Assembly (NCBI GenBank): GCA_041663005.1
Contig: JBAZRK010000001.1
Location: 157,360-221,359 of the forward strand
DNA from: Minisyncoccota bacterium
Lineage (GTDB): Bacteria > Patescibacteriota > Minisyncoccia > Phycocordibacterales > UBA9973
DNA length: 64,000 nt
Direction of reading: 5' to 3'
The notes below the pieces were generated by a model. It was not told where the DNA came from. It did not search any database and saw nothing but the letters and a program-made list of their open reading frames with translations. The position numbers and the translations under genes were made by a program. Positions 1 to 9,368 of the stretch are shown piece after piece; the stretch's first letter is position 1; every line of letters starts with the position of its first letter.

Positions 1-1
1 T

Positions 2-565
2 TATGCCCCTTTCGACGGCATCATCACTAATATCGACAAGGAAGTCGGAGAAACTGCATCCTCAAGTGAAACAGTGCTCACGATGATGGGTGTCGGAACT
101 TTCCAGATTGAGAGTTTCGTGCCAGAAGTAAACATTGCACTTATCGATCTCTACGCTGAGGCGCAGGTTACCCTTGACGCGTATGGTGAAGACGTGCCTT
201 TTAACGCTAAAGTCATTGCAATAGACCCGGCTGAGACAATTAAAGATGGCGTTTCCACTTATAAAGTCGTACTCCAGTTTAGCGAGAAAGATGACCGCAT
301 AAAGTCAGGAATGACTGCCAATGTTTCGATCATAATTTTTAACAAGCCGGGTGTGATGGTTGTGCCCGGTGGCGTGATTCTAAACCAGGATGGAAAAAAT
401 TATGTGCAAATAAAAACCGTTGAAGGTTTAGCTCTCAGAGAAGTAGTGACAGGAGCCGTGTCCACGCTGGGTCAGGTTGAAATTGTATCCGGCCTTTCTG
501 AAGGCGACGAAGTAATACTTAATCCAGATGTCGGAAATCAAAAATCCCCGATGTCCGACATCTAA
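2..565 (+). CDS. Efflux transporter periplasmic adaptor subunit (HlyD/MacA-like), C-terminal part; 5' end lies outside the window
   Basis: Frame is open from nt 2. Beta-barrel/MPD-like C-terminal sequence typical of membrane-fusion proteins. Directly upstream of an ABC permease and ATPase (MacAB-like arrangement). Confidence 0.6.
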   Translation, partial: YAPFDGIITNIDKEVGETASSSETVLTMMGVGTFQIESFVPEVNIALIDLYAEAQVTLDAYGEDVPFNAKVIAIDPAETIKDGVSTYKVVLQFSEKDDRIKSGMTANVSIIIFNKPGVMVVPGGVILNQDGKNYVQIKTVEGLALREVVTGAVSTLGQVEIVSGLSEGDEVILNPDVGNQKSPMSDI

Positions 566-571
566 ATAAAT

Positions 572-1828
572 ATGTTTTCCTCGTTAAATATACGCATTGG
601 ATACTTTCTGGCGAAGCGGCAGATTAAACGCTCAAGCCTTTGGACTACGATACTCATAGTATTCGTAATGTTTTTTACTTTCATAAATCTCGTGGTGGTG
701 AGCGGAATTTTGGTCGGGCTTATTCAGGGTGCCATAGTAGCGGTGCGGTCGCATTACACTAGCGACGTCATCATTTCAACTCTCAACAATAAGACTTACA
801 TTGAAAACAGCCCGGAAATTTTAGGCATAGTTAATTCCTTACCTCAAGTTGAAGGTGTAACGGCGCGCTACTTGGAGGGCGGTACGCTCGAAGCGAACTA
901 CAAGACTCGCACAAACGATAAAGAAAAGCCGAACACCGCCGGAGCATCCATCACTGGCATCGACCCGGTCGCTGAAGATGAAGTCACCAATCTTTCGAAA
1001 TTCATCGTCGAAGGCGAATACCTCCAGCCTGGCGACTACGACCAAGTGCTTTTAGGTGCGTACTTAACTCAGAAATATTTGCCGATAGATTCTCCCGGCT
1101 TTTCGACTCTTCGTGATGTAACGCCTGGAACTAAAATCAGAATAAAAGTGCACGATGTGGAACGAGAAGTAACCATCAAGGGAATAATCAAGGCGAAAGT
1201 TGATGAGGTCAGTATGAGGGTTTTTATGGTGGACTCACAGCTTAAGAGTATGATTGGCCGGAATGATTACAATGTGGATGAAATTTCAATTAAGCTTGCA
1301 CCGAACGCAGACCCGGCGCTGGTACGTGATATTTTGAAACAAAACGGAGTGGATAAAGTTGCAAAAGTGCAAACATACACTGATGCCCAGCCGAAATTTA
1401 TTAAAGATATGGTGGACACATTTGCCCTGCTCGGTAATATGCTTTCTTCTATCGGACTCGTGGTGGCGTCCATCACCATCTTCATCGTTATTTTCATTAA
1501 CGCCATTACTCGTCGTAAATTTATCGGAATTTTGAAGGGGATTGGAATTAACGAAAGAGCTATCGAGATATCGTACGTAATGCAATCATTTTTTTACGCG
1601 CTATGCGGTTCAGTGATAGGAATCATTTTTCTATACGCCTTTCTTCAGCCGGCTATTGCGGCGCACCCGATAGACTTTCCTTTCTCTGACGGAATACTTG
1701 TAGCGCCCTTGGGCGGAACCCTTTTACGTATAGCACTCTTGATGGTGACGACGATTATTGCCGGCTTTATCCCGGCGCGATTGATTGTCCGCAGGAACAC
1801 GCTCGACTCGATTTTAGGTAGAAAATAA
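572..1828 (+). CDS. ABC transporter permease (FtsX/MacB-type, large periplasmic domain)
   Basis: N-terminal TM helix, large extracytoplasmic domain, then a C-terminal FtsX-like 3-TM bundle. Operonic with the adaptor and ATPase. Confidence 0.7.
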   Translation: MFSSLNIRIGYFLAKRQIKRSSLWTTILIVFVMFFTFINLVVVSGILVGLIQGAIVAVRSHYTSDVIISTLNNKTYIENSPEILGIVNSLPQVEGVTARYLEGGTLEANYKTRTNDKEKPNTAGASITGIDPVAEDEVTNLSKFIVEGEYLQPGDYDQVLLGAYLTQKYLPIDSPGFSTLRDVTPGTKIRIKVHDVEREVTIKGIIKAKVDEVSMRVFMVDSQLKSMIGRNDYNVDEISIKLAPNADPALVRDILKQNGVDKVAKVQTYTDAQPKFIKDMVDTFALLGNMLSSIGLVVASITIFIVIFINAITRRKFIGILKGIGINERAIEISYVMQSFFYALCGSVIGIIFLYAFLQPAIAAHPIDFPFSDGILVAPLGGTLLRIALLMVTTIIAGFIPARLIVRRNTLDSILGRK

Positions 1829-1839
1829 TTTAAAGATTT

Positions 1840-2517
1840 ATGATTACTGTAAAAAATTTAAAAAAATCATTCGAAGATGGAGAAAGTACTACAGAAGTCC
1901 TCAAGGGGATTGATTTCGTAGCGCAGAGCGGAGAATTTATCGCCATTATGGGGAGAAGTGGTGCGGGGAAAAGCACCTTTCTATATCAAATGAGCTTACT
2001 AGATGAACCCACCGAAGGGGAAATTTTCATAGACAATATAGACACGCACAATATGACCCCAACCGAGAAAACGCAATTTCGACTGACGGAATTGGGCTAT
2101 GTGTTCCAGGATTACGCATTACTTCCTGAATTAAATGCTGTTGAAAATGTGGCCTTGCCGCTCTTGATGCAAAATTTGCCGGAGAAGCAGGCATTCGCCA
2201 AGGCAACCGAAGCACTTACAAAAGTTGGCCTGGGGAAGAGGCTTACAAATTTACCTTCGAAACTCTCGGGCGGAGAACAGCAGAGAGTCTCCATTGCTCG
2301 TGCCATAGCCCACGAACCGAAAATACTTTTCGCCGATGAACCGACGGCAAACTTGGACAACGAATCTTCTCGCATAGTAATGGAAATTTTCAAAGAGCTG
2401 CATCGAGGAGGACAGACCATCGTAATGGTGACCCACGAAGAAGAATTCTCGAAGCACGCCGAACGCATCGTGCACCTCGACGACGGCAAAATCGTCCGGG
2501 AAATTAAGCAAAAATAA
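1840..2517 (+). CDS. ABC transporter ATP-binding protein (MacB/LolD-like)
   Basis: Walker A GRSGAGKST, ABC signature LSGGEQQR, Walker B ILFADEP and an H-loop. Confidence 0.9.
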   Translation: MITVKNLKKSFEDGESTTEVLKGIDFVAQSGEFIAIMGRSGAGKSTFLYQMSLLDEPTEGEIFIDNIDTHNMTPTEKTQFRLTELGYVFQDYALLPELNAVENVALPLLMQNLPEKQAFAKATEALTKVGLGKRLTNLPSKLSGGEQQRVSIARAIAHEPKILFADEPTANLDNESSRIVMEIFKELHRGGQTIVMVTHEEEFSKHAERIVHLDDGKIVREIKQK

Positions 2518-2537
2518 AGCTGTCGATTTTTAGGCGG

Positions 2538-2568
2538 GGCAGTCGTACTATGCGCGACTGCCTCTTTT
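2538..2568 (+). terminator. Rho-independent terminator after the ABC ATPase gene
   Basis: GC-rich inverted repeat ggcagtcg...cgactgcc followed by tctttt. Confidence 0.5.
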
Positions 2569-2584
2569 ATATTTTTATGTTAAA

Positions 2585-4057
2585 ATGTTCTCAGTGTCAG
2601 ACAATAAATATTATTGCACCATAGGGCTAGAAATTCACGCGGAGTTAAAAACACTCACGAAGATGTTTTGCGCGTGCAAGAACGACCCCGACGAAGAGAA
2701 GCCAAACACGAATATTTGCCCGGTATGCATGGCGCACCCGGGGGCTTTGCCTGTACCCAACAAGAAGGCGATTGAAAGCGTGATTAAAGTGGGCCTCGCC
2801 ATGGGGGGGGAAATTGCTGATTTTACTGAGTTCGATCGCAAAAATTACTTTTATCCGGACATCCCGAAAGGTTATCAGATTTCACAGTTTGAGTACCCGA
2901 TAGTTTCCGGCGGGCATTTGGCGGATATGGACGTCACTCGCATACACCTAGAGGAAGATACGGGAACGAATAAACATTTTGACGTCGGACGTCAAGATTC
3001 CCAGACGTCCGACGTCGGGTATTCATTGATTGATTTCAATCGTGCTGGCGTCCCACTTATGGAGCTTGTAACTGAGCCGCACACATTTGAAAGTGCCGAG
3101 GAAACCGCGAAGAAGGCTTCTAAGTTTGCTAAAGAGCTTCAGCTAGTGCTCTGGTACCTAGATGTTTCGGAAGCAAATATGGAAAAGGGCGAGATGCGAG
3201 TGGAGGCGAACATTTCTATAACCAAGGATCCGAAAGTTTTCGGTACGAAAGTTGAAGTAAAAAACTTGAACTCGTTCAGAAGCGTAGAGAGGGCAATTAA
3301 ATATGAGGTAGACAGAATGACTGAGCTTGTGGAAGCAGGCCGAGGCAATGAAATTGTCCAGGAGACCAGAGGTTGGAACGAAGCCAAGCAAGAGACCTTT
3401 TCTCAAAGGAAGAAGGAGGGAAGTGCTGACTATCGATATTTCCCAGACCCGGATTTACCGAAGATGAAGCTTCACGAAGCCTTCGATTTGGAAAAAATGA
3501 AAAAAGATTTACCGGAGTTACCGGGAGGGAAACGAGCTCGATATCAGAAGGATTTCGGAATCAAAAATGAAGACGTTGAGAGTTATATCAATGACCCTGA
3601 GCTGGGTGCCTGGTTTGAAGATATCGTTAGGATTTTAAAGGATGGAGAAAAGGTACGAGTAGCATCGAACTACATAACGTCCGACTACTTAGGACTGAAG
3701 AAAGCAAATTCGGACGTTGGACGTCCGAATGCGGAGAACTTCGCAGAGCTCGTGGACTTAGTGTCGGGAGGTAAAATCTCTTCACGCGCGGCGAAAGACA
3801 TCCTTGCTATGATAGTAGTGAAAGATGAGTCTCCAGTTAAAATTGCCACTGAAAAAAACATGCTTCAGGTGAGTGACGAAGGTGCGATTAAATCCATAGC
3901 AGAGCAAATTATCGCAGAAAATCCCGAAGTGGTGGCCACGTATAAATCAGGAAAAGAAAATGCGATTATGTCTCTGGTTGGTAAAGTTATAAAAACAAGC
4001 AATGGCAGTGCCAATCCGCAAGTGGTTTTAAAATTATTAAAAGATTTGTTAAAATAA
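2585..4057 (+). CDS. gatB: Asp-tRNA(Asn)/Glu-tRNA(Gln) amidotransferase subunit B
   Basis: N-terminal GLEIHAEL, CPVCMAHPGALPV and RKNYFYPDIPKGYQISQ motifs characteristic of GatB, plus a C-terminal GatB/YqeY domain. Confidence 0.9.
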   Translation: MFSVSDNKYYCTIGLEIHAELKTLTKMFCACKNDPDEEKPNTNICPVCMAHPGALPVPNKKAIESVIKVGLAMGGEIADFTEFDRKNYFYPDIPKGYQISQFEYPIVSGGHLADMDVTRIHLEEDTGTNKHFDVGRQDSQTSDVGYSLIDFNRAGVPLMELVTEPHTFESAEETAKKASKFAKELQLVLWYLDVSEANMEKGEMRVEANISITKDPKVFGTKVEVKNLNSFRSVERAIKYEVDRMTELVEAGRGNEIVQETRGWNEAKQETFSQRKKEGSADYRYFPDPDLPKMKLHEAFDLEKMKKDLPELPGGKRARYQKDFGIKNEDVESYINDPELGAWFEDIVRILKDGEKVRVASNYITSDYLGLKKANSDVGRPNAENFAELVDLVSGGKISSRAAKDILAMIVVKDESPVKIATEKNMLQVSDEGAIKSIAEQIIAENPEVVATYKSGKENAIMSLVGKVIKTSNGSANPQVVLKLLKDLLK

Positions 4058-4109
4058 AAATACTTGTCCCGTTATAAATTCAACGAACGTGATATTATTG
4101 TTAAAATTA

Positions 4110-4126
4110 TTAATTTAAAATTTATA
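4110..4126 (+). promoter_or_regulatory. Candidate sigma70-like promoter for fba (TTGTTA...TATAAT)
   Basis: Consensus -10 TATAAT located 6 nt upstream of the fba start, with a TTGTTA -35-like hexamer upstream. AT-rich context, so weak evidence. Confidence 0.25.
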
Positions 4127-4131
4127 ATGGG

Positions 4132-5004
4132 ATGAAAACATTACGCGAGTGTGTGAAGGAAGCTGACGAGGAAGGAGTAGCCATAGGGCATTTCAATATT
4201 TCGAACCTAGAAGCTTTTCACGGAATTTATAATGCTGCTAAAAATTTAAATCTCCCGATAGTAATAGGCCTCTCTGAGGGTGAAGCACAATTCGTAGGCT
4301 ATGCGGAGGGTGCGGCGCTAGTGCGTGCCGTGAGAGAGCGCGACAATTACCCTATTTTCCTAAATGCTGATCACCACTACAGTTTCGAGAGTGTAAAGAT
4401 CGCCATTGATGCTGGCTTTGATGCGGTGGTTATCGATGCAGTAAAATTGCCGCTCGAGGAAAATATTGTTCTCACGAAAAAGTGCGTAGACTACGCGCGC
4501 GAAGTTTCTAAGCGTGAAGGTCGCGACATTTTAGTCGAAGCAGAACTCGGATTTATCGGCTCGTCGTCCAAGATTTTGGAAAAAATGCCTGACGGAGTTT
4601 CGGAAGAAACAATGACCAAGCCCGAAGAAGCGAAAATGTTTGTGGAAGCCACGGGGATAGATATGCTCGCACCCTCAATAGGTAACGTTCACGGAATGGT
4701 AAAGAGCGGTAACCCACGCCTCCACCCAGAACGAGTGAAGGCAATCAGAGAAGCCGCAGGTGTGCCTTTGGTACTCCACGGAGGATCAGGCTCAATGAAT
4801 GAAGATTTCGTAGAATGTATCAAGTCCGGTGTCAGTACCGTACACATTAACACTGAGATTCGTATGGCCTTCACTAACGCGTTGCGCAGGTCTCTCTCCG
4901 ACAGCCCTGAAGAAATAACTCCTTACAAATATCTCCCAGCCGGACTTAAGGCAGTGCAGGATGTAGTAGAGGCCCGACTTAAACTTTTCAATGGGATTAA
5001 ATAA
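4132..5004 (+). CDS. fba: Class II fructose-bisphosphate (or tagatose-bisphosphate) aldolase family protein
   Basis: GHFNISNLE start, NADHH metal-binding region and LHGGSG motif of class II aldolases. Confidence 0.8.
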   Translation: MKTLRECVKEADEEGVAIGHFNISNLEAFHGIYNAAKNLNLPIVIGLSEGEAQFVGYAEGAALVRAVRERDNYPIFLNADHHYSFESVKIAIDAGFDAVVIDAVKLPLEENIVLTKKCVDYAREVSKREGRDILVEAELGFIGSSSKILEKMPDGVSEETMTKPEEAKMFVEATGIDMLAPSIGNVHGMVKSGNPRLHPERVKAIREAAGVPLVLHGGSGSMNEDFVECIKSGVSTVHINTEIRMAFTNALRRSLSDSPEEITPYKYLPAGLKAVQDVVEARLKLFNGIK

Positions 5005-6807
5005 GTGAAGGAAGAAATACTAAAATTTTTTGCAGGTGAGGTGGATGACAGCGAAGAAACTCTCGCGAAGTATTCTCTCGATGCGAGCCTGCTTAGAGTT
5101 AAGCCCAAGTTGGTGCTTTTCCCGAAGGACAAAGAAGATGTGAAAAAATTAGTAAAGTGGGCAGGTGAATTTAAGGATCTCTACGACCACCCTGGCAATC
5201 CTGGGACGAGTGTATCCATAACGGCCCGATGTGCAGGCACTGATATGTCTGGAGGCGCGATAGGTGAGTCGCTTATCCTCGACTTTACTAAGTATATGAA
5301 CAAGCTCGTCGGAGGACCCTTGCCGTTAGGAGGTGCGCCCAAGTCTTTTAAAAAAAATAAAGATAATAAACTTCTCCAGGCATACCCGCAGATGGCTTCG
5401 TCCATTACCGTACAGTCTGGGATGTTTTACCGCGATTTTGAAAAAATAACTCTCGCTAAAGGCTTAATTTTACCCTGCTATACGGCTTCGAAAAACATTA
5501 ATGCTATGGGCGGAATGTTTGGCAACAATTCCGCCGGCGAGAGGACTCTAAAATACGGACAAATGGAAAATTATGTGTTGTCATCCAAGGTTGTTTTCGC
5601 CGATGGGAATGAATATGAAGTGAAGCCGCTTAATCGCGACGAACTCGATAGAAAAATGGCGCAAGGAGATTTCGAAGGGAATGTTTATAAAAATATTCTT
5701 AATTTGATCAACGAGAATGAAGGCGAGATTCTCCACGCGAAACCTGCAGTCAGCAAGAATTCCGCCGGGTATTATATATGGAACGTGGTGAGTGGTCGGG
5801 GGAAGGATTTCAAGTTCGATTTGAACAAGCTCTTGGTGGGTTCCCAGGGCACGCTCGGCTTGGTGACGGAAATGACACTCAAGGTCCTGCCCGACAATAT
5901 ACATACGAAACTCGTAGCCATATCTATGGATGATTTGGCGCCACTCGGGAGAGTGGTAGATGAAATTCTAACCTTTAATCCGGAATCACTAGAGACATAT
6001 GACGATAAAACAATGAAACTCGCGGTGAAATTTTTCCCAGATTTTCTCAAGAACAAAGGCTTGGTTCAAGCGGTTAGAGTTTTAAAAAGCTTTTGGCCCG
6101 AGTTCAAAATGTTTCTTTTCGGGGGAATGCCGAAGCTGGTAATACTCGCGGAATTTGCGGGAGAAAATGACAAAGAAGTAGAAGCTAAATGCGCCAAACT
6201 TAAATCCACCCTTTCACATTTTAAATTGGAGGTTCACATTACCAGTACTACCACTGAAGCCAACAAGTACTGGGATATCAGAAGGGAGAGCTTCGCTCTT
6301 TTACGAAAACATGTGAAGGGGATGCGCACTGCGCCTTTCATCGACGACATAATTGTACGACCGGAATTCTTGCCGAAATTCCTACCGGAATTAAATGTCT
6401 TGTTAAACCAGTACCGGGGTAAGCTCATCTATACATTGGCGGGTCACGCTGGCAATGGCAATTTCCACGTAATACCATTGATGGATTTCTCGAGACCGGA
6501 CACGGCGAAAACCATTCTCGGATTAAGCGACAAGGTGTTCGAATTAGTGCTCCGATATCACGGTTCTTTAGCGGCGGAGCACAATGACGGCCTGATAAGG
6601 ACACCATACCTTGCGAGTATGTATGGCGAGCGGGTCACAAAAATATTTGCAAAAATCAAAGATATTTTCGATTCGAAAAACATTTTGAACCCGGGGAAAA
6701 AGGTCCCGATGAAAAATATTGCGGGCGACCCCGGGGCCCAAGCTGGAACTAAAGAATACATTGCGCGACACGTAGCCCTTGAGCACCATGCGGTGCATAA
6801 AGTTTAA
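5005..6807 (+). CDS. FAD-binding oxidoreductase (GlcD / D-lactate dehydrogenase family), GTG start
   Basis: PCMH-type FAD-binding region ARCAGTDMSGGAIG and a C-terminal FAD-linked oxidase domain. 600 aa including insertions. Confidence 0.65.
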   Translation: MKEEILKFFAGEVDDSEETLAKYSLDASLLRVKPKLVLFPKDKEDVKKLVKWAGEFKDLYDHPGNPGTSVSITARCAGTDMSGGAIGESLILDFTKYMNKLVGGPLPLGGAPKSFKKNKDNKLLQAYPQMASSITVQSGMFYRDFEKITLAKGLILPCYTASKNINAMGGMFGNNSAGERTLKYGQMENYVLSSKVVFADGNEYEVKPLNRDELDRKMAQGDFEGNVYKNILNLINENEGEILHAKPAVSKNSAGYYIWNVVSGRGKDFKFDLNKLLVGSQGTLGLVTEMTLKVLPDNIHTKLVAISMDDLAPLGRVVDEILTFNPESLETYDDKTMKLAVKFFPDFLKNKGLVQAVRVLKSFWPEFKMFLFGGMPKLVILAEFAGENDKEVEAKCAKLKSTLSHFKLEVHITSTTTEANKYWDIRRESFALLRKHVKGMRTAPFIDDIIVRPEFLPKFLPELNVLLNQYRGKLIYTLAGHAGNGNFHVIPLMDFSRPDTAKTILGLSDKVFELVLRYHGSLAAEHNDGLIRTPYLASMYGERVTKIFAKIKDIFDSKNILNPGKKVPMKNIAGDPGAQAGTKEYIARHVALEHHAVHKV

Positions 6808-6834
6808 AGATATTGCAATTTTCCCATTTTTGTA

Positions 6835-6892
6835 TATACCCCCACACCTATTAACCTTGTAAACGTTGACTTTTTATAGGTGTGGGGGTATA
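6835..6892. repeat. Palindromic 17-mer pair TATACCCCCACACCTAT (26-nt spacer) ATAGGTGTGGGGGTATA
   Basis: Perfect inverted 17-mers at 6835-6851 and 6876-6892. The identical pair recurs at 22226-22301. Confidence 0.7.
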
Positions 6893-6894
6893 CT
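6866..6894 (+). promoter_or_regulatory. Sigma70-like promoter TTGACT-N17-TATACT for rplY, overlapping the right arm of the palindrome
   Basis: -35 TTGACT at 6866-6871, exact 17-nt spacer, -10 TATACT at 6889-6894. ATG of rplY at 6901. Confidence 0.5.
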
Positions 6895-6900
6895 GTTTTT

Positions 6901-7566
6901 ATGTTTGCAATTAAAGCGAAACCGAGAGATAAGTCCGCAAAACTAGACGCTTTGCGAAAGTCCGGAGAAATACCGGCTGTTTTTTACGGAGCTGGCAAGG
7001 AAACGACCTCCATCTCTGTCCCATTTATTGATTTCAAGAAAGTATGGCGCGACGCAGGGGAGTCATCTGCAGTCAAAGTAGAAGTACCCGGAGGCGCTGT
7101 TGACGCGCTTATTCACGAAGTGCAGGTGGACCCTATCACCGAAGAGCCCGTACACGTTGACTTCATCGTTATCGACATGAAGAAGAAGATACGCGTCAAT
7201 GTACCGCTTGTATTCGAGGGTATTTCTGACGCGGTGAAGACAGGTATTGGTAACTTGGTTAAAGTTCTTCACGAGATTGAAGTGGAAGCACTGCCTGCTG
7301 ATTTACCACACGACCTTGTTGTTGATATTTCTAAATTAAAGACTTTGGAAGATACCGTAGTTGTCTCCGACATTGCATTGCCTAGCGGCGTCGTTGCCAT
7401 AACTTTGGGCACTGAGGTGGTGGCTTCTGTCGTTGCTCAAGTGGAAGAGAAAGAAGAAGCACCAGAACCGGTTGATTTGTCTGCAATCGAAGTTGAAAAG
7501 AAAGGTAAGAAGGAAGAGGAAGGCGCAGAGGGGGCTCCGGCAGAGGAAAATGCTGAAGCAAAATAG
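6901..7566 (+). CDS. rplY: 50S ribosomal protein L25 / general stress protein Ctc, with acidic/Lys-rich C-terminal tail
   Basis: L25/Ctc N-terminal and beta-barrel domains (AVFYGAGKE...). The ORF-track GTG at 6880 lies inside the promoter, so the ATG at 6901 is the preferred start. Confidence 0.8.
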   Translation: MFAIKAKPRDKSAKLDALRKSGEIPAVFYGAGKETTSISVPFIDFKKVWRDAGESSAVKVEVPGGAVDALIHEVQVDPITEEPVHVDFIVIDMKKKIRVNVPLVFEGISDAVKTGIGNLVKVLHEIEVEALPADLPHDLVVDISKLKTLEDTVVVSDIALPSGVVAITLGTEVVASVVAQVEEKEEAPEPVDLSAIEVEKKGKKEEEGAEGAPAEENAEAK

Positions 7567-7598
7567 CAAAACTCGAAATTTTTTGATACAATGGAGCT

Positions 7599-8975
7599 AT
7601 GACGAGAAAGACAGCCATAGCTTTTTTTGTTTTAATGTTTGCATTTTCTCTGGCGTTGGTGTCAAAGCCCGTGGACGCCTTTGATTGTTTGACCCTTACC
7701 AGCTCATCCAGCAAAACGGATAAAGAATATTGCCAAAGGGAATTAAATCAAATTGAGGCCCAGCTTGCCGAGCTCCTAGAGAAGCAGAAACAGCAACAAA
7801 AACAGACCGGAACCCTCAAGGGCGACGTAGCGTACCTGCAGAGCCAGATTGATGCCCTAAAAACCAAAATAAAATCCCGAGCCCTCGTGATTTCACAGCT
7901 CAAGGTAGACATTGCCGAGAAAAGTACGACTATTAGATCCCTTTCTCAAAAGATAGATAGGGAACACGAGTCGTTGGCGCAGCTCCTCAGGAACACCAAC
8001 GAGTTCGACGGAGACAATCTTATGCATTTGATTCTATCGGACGAGAGTATTTCGTCTTTCTATAGCGACCTGGAATCATACGCATCAATTAAAAAAGCGG
8101 TCAAAGAATCCGTGGATAATATTCGCGGCATTAAGACCGAAACGGAGGTGGCCAAAGAAGATTTAGAGAAAAAGCATGATGCAGAGACGGACGCCAAGGC
8201 CGAGCTTGAGAATGCCCAGAAAAAAGTTGCAGTGGCCGAGGCAGAAAAGAAAAAATACCTAGCAATATCCCAGCAGACAGAAGCGGCTTACCAGCAACTT
8301 GCCGCCGAGAAAAAAGCTCGCGCCGATCGAATTCGAGCGGCACTTTTTCCTCTAGCCAACACAACTACGAAAATTGACTTCGGTACAGCGCTTACCTATG
8401 CGAAAGAAATGCAACAAGTCACCGGCATAGAACCCGCTTTTCTGCTGGCAGTCTTAACTCAAGAGTCTAATCTGGGATCCAACGTCGGGCAGTGTTATCT
8501 AACAAACCAGCAAACAGGTGCGGGTGTCGGCAAGAATACCGGCACACCTTTCGTCAACGTTATGAAGCCAATGGGTCTTACGGGGAGAAAGGGTGACGTG
8601 GAAGACTTTTTGTCGATAACATCTAAACTTGGCCGAGTATGGAACCAGACTCCAATTTCTTGCCCTATTGCCGGGGTTGCGGGCTACGGAGGGGCTATGG
8701 GTCCGGCGCAATTCATTCCGACGACCTGGAAATTGTTTGAAAGCAGATTAAAGATTGCCTTAGGGCGCGATGCTGATCCTTGGTCCCCCCACGATGCCTT
8801 TATGGCTTCTGCGATGTATCTAACAGATCTAGGAGCAGTGGGTACGAGTGCGAGCTCTCAACACAAAGCTGCCTGCCGATATTATGGTACCGGAGGGGCC
8901 ACTTGCTCTTACAGCAACAGCGTAATGAGCCATAAGGCGAAAATCCAGGCGAACATAGACCTGTTAGCCCTGTAG
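7599..8975 (+). CDS. Secreted coiled-coil protein with C-terminal lytic transglycosylase (SLT/lysozyme-like) domain
   Basis: Signal peptide, ~250 aa heptad-rich Q/K/E coiled coil, then a TQESNLGSN...GAMGPAQFIPTTW transglycosylase-type catalytic region. Confidence 0.6.
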   Translation: MTRKTAIAFFVLMFAFSLALVSKPVDAFDCLTLTSSSSKTDKEYCQRELNQIEAQLAELLEKQKQQQKQTGTLKGDVAYLQSQIDALKTKIKSRALVISQLKVDIAEKSTTIRSLSQKIDREHESLAQLLRNTNEFDGDNLMHLILSDESISSFYSDLESYASIKKAVKESVDNIRGIKTETEVAKEDLEKKHDAETDAKAELENAQKKVAVAEAEKKKYLAISQQTEAAYQQLAAEKKARADRIRAALFPLANTTTKIDFGTALTYAKEMQQVTGIEPAFLLAVLTQESNLGSNVGQCYLTNQQTGAGVGKNTGTPFVNVMKPMGLTGRKGDVEDFLSITSKLGRVWNQTPISCPIAGVAGYGGAMGPAQFIPTTWKLFESRLKIALGRDADPWSPHDAFMASAMYLTDLGAVGTSASSQHKAACRYYGTGGATCSYSNSVMSHKAKIQANIDLLAL

Positions 8976-9037
8976 TGAGCTCTGCTCTACTACTAGGGTT
9001 TGCTTTCTATGTAAATTCGTGATAATCTACAAAAACT

Positions 9038-9256
9038 ATGAAAAAAGACGTACATCCCAAATATGACCTAAAAGCCAAAGCTTCCTGTGCCTGCGGGGCG
9101 ATATTTGAAGTTGGTTCCACTATGCCCGCTATTCAAATGGAAATCTGCAGTCAGTGCCACCCTTTCTACACCGGAAACGAAAAGATAATGGACACTGCTG
9201 GACGTGTAGAAAGATTCAACAAGCGCCGCGCTGCCTCTGTAAAAGCTAAAAAGTAA
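9038..9256 (+). CDS. rpmE: 50S ribosomal protein L31
   Basis: MKKDVHPKY start, zinc-ribbon CxCG...[10 protein letters not shown]. Confidence 0.9.
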   Translation: MKKDVHPKYDLKAKASCACGAIFEVGSTMPAIQMEICSQCHPFYTGNEKIMDTAGRVERFNKRRAASVKAKK

Positions 9257-9262
9257 GTAAGT

Positions 9263-9346
9263 TAAAAATCCTGAAAATTAAATTTTGTTGCGTTAAGCCG
9301 AAAGGATAATGCTCTTGCAAAATTTATCTTCAGGATTTTTATTTTG
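9263..9346 (+). terminator. Long imperfect hairpin plus T-run between rpmE and prfA (terminator/leader structure)
   Basis: aaaatcctgaaaatt ... aatttatcttcaggatttttatttt. Distal arms are complementary and followed by a T-rich run. Confidence 0.3.
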
Positions 9347-9368
9347 TCAAAATGTTATAATAAGTTAT

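Noticed and set aside
6807-6893. Palindrome as a classic rho-independent terminator for the FAD oxidase gene
   Set aside because: The 17-bp arms are separated by 26 nt containing a -35 hexamer and are not followed by a T-run. The identical second copy sits between divergent genes where no terminator is needed.
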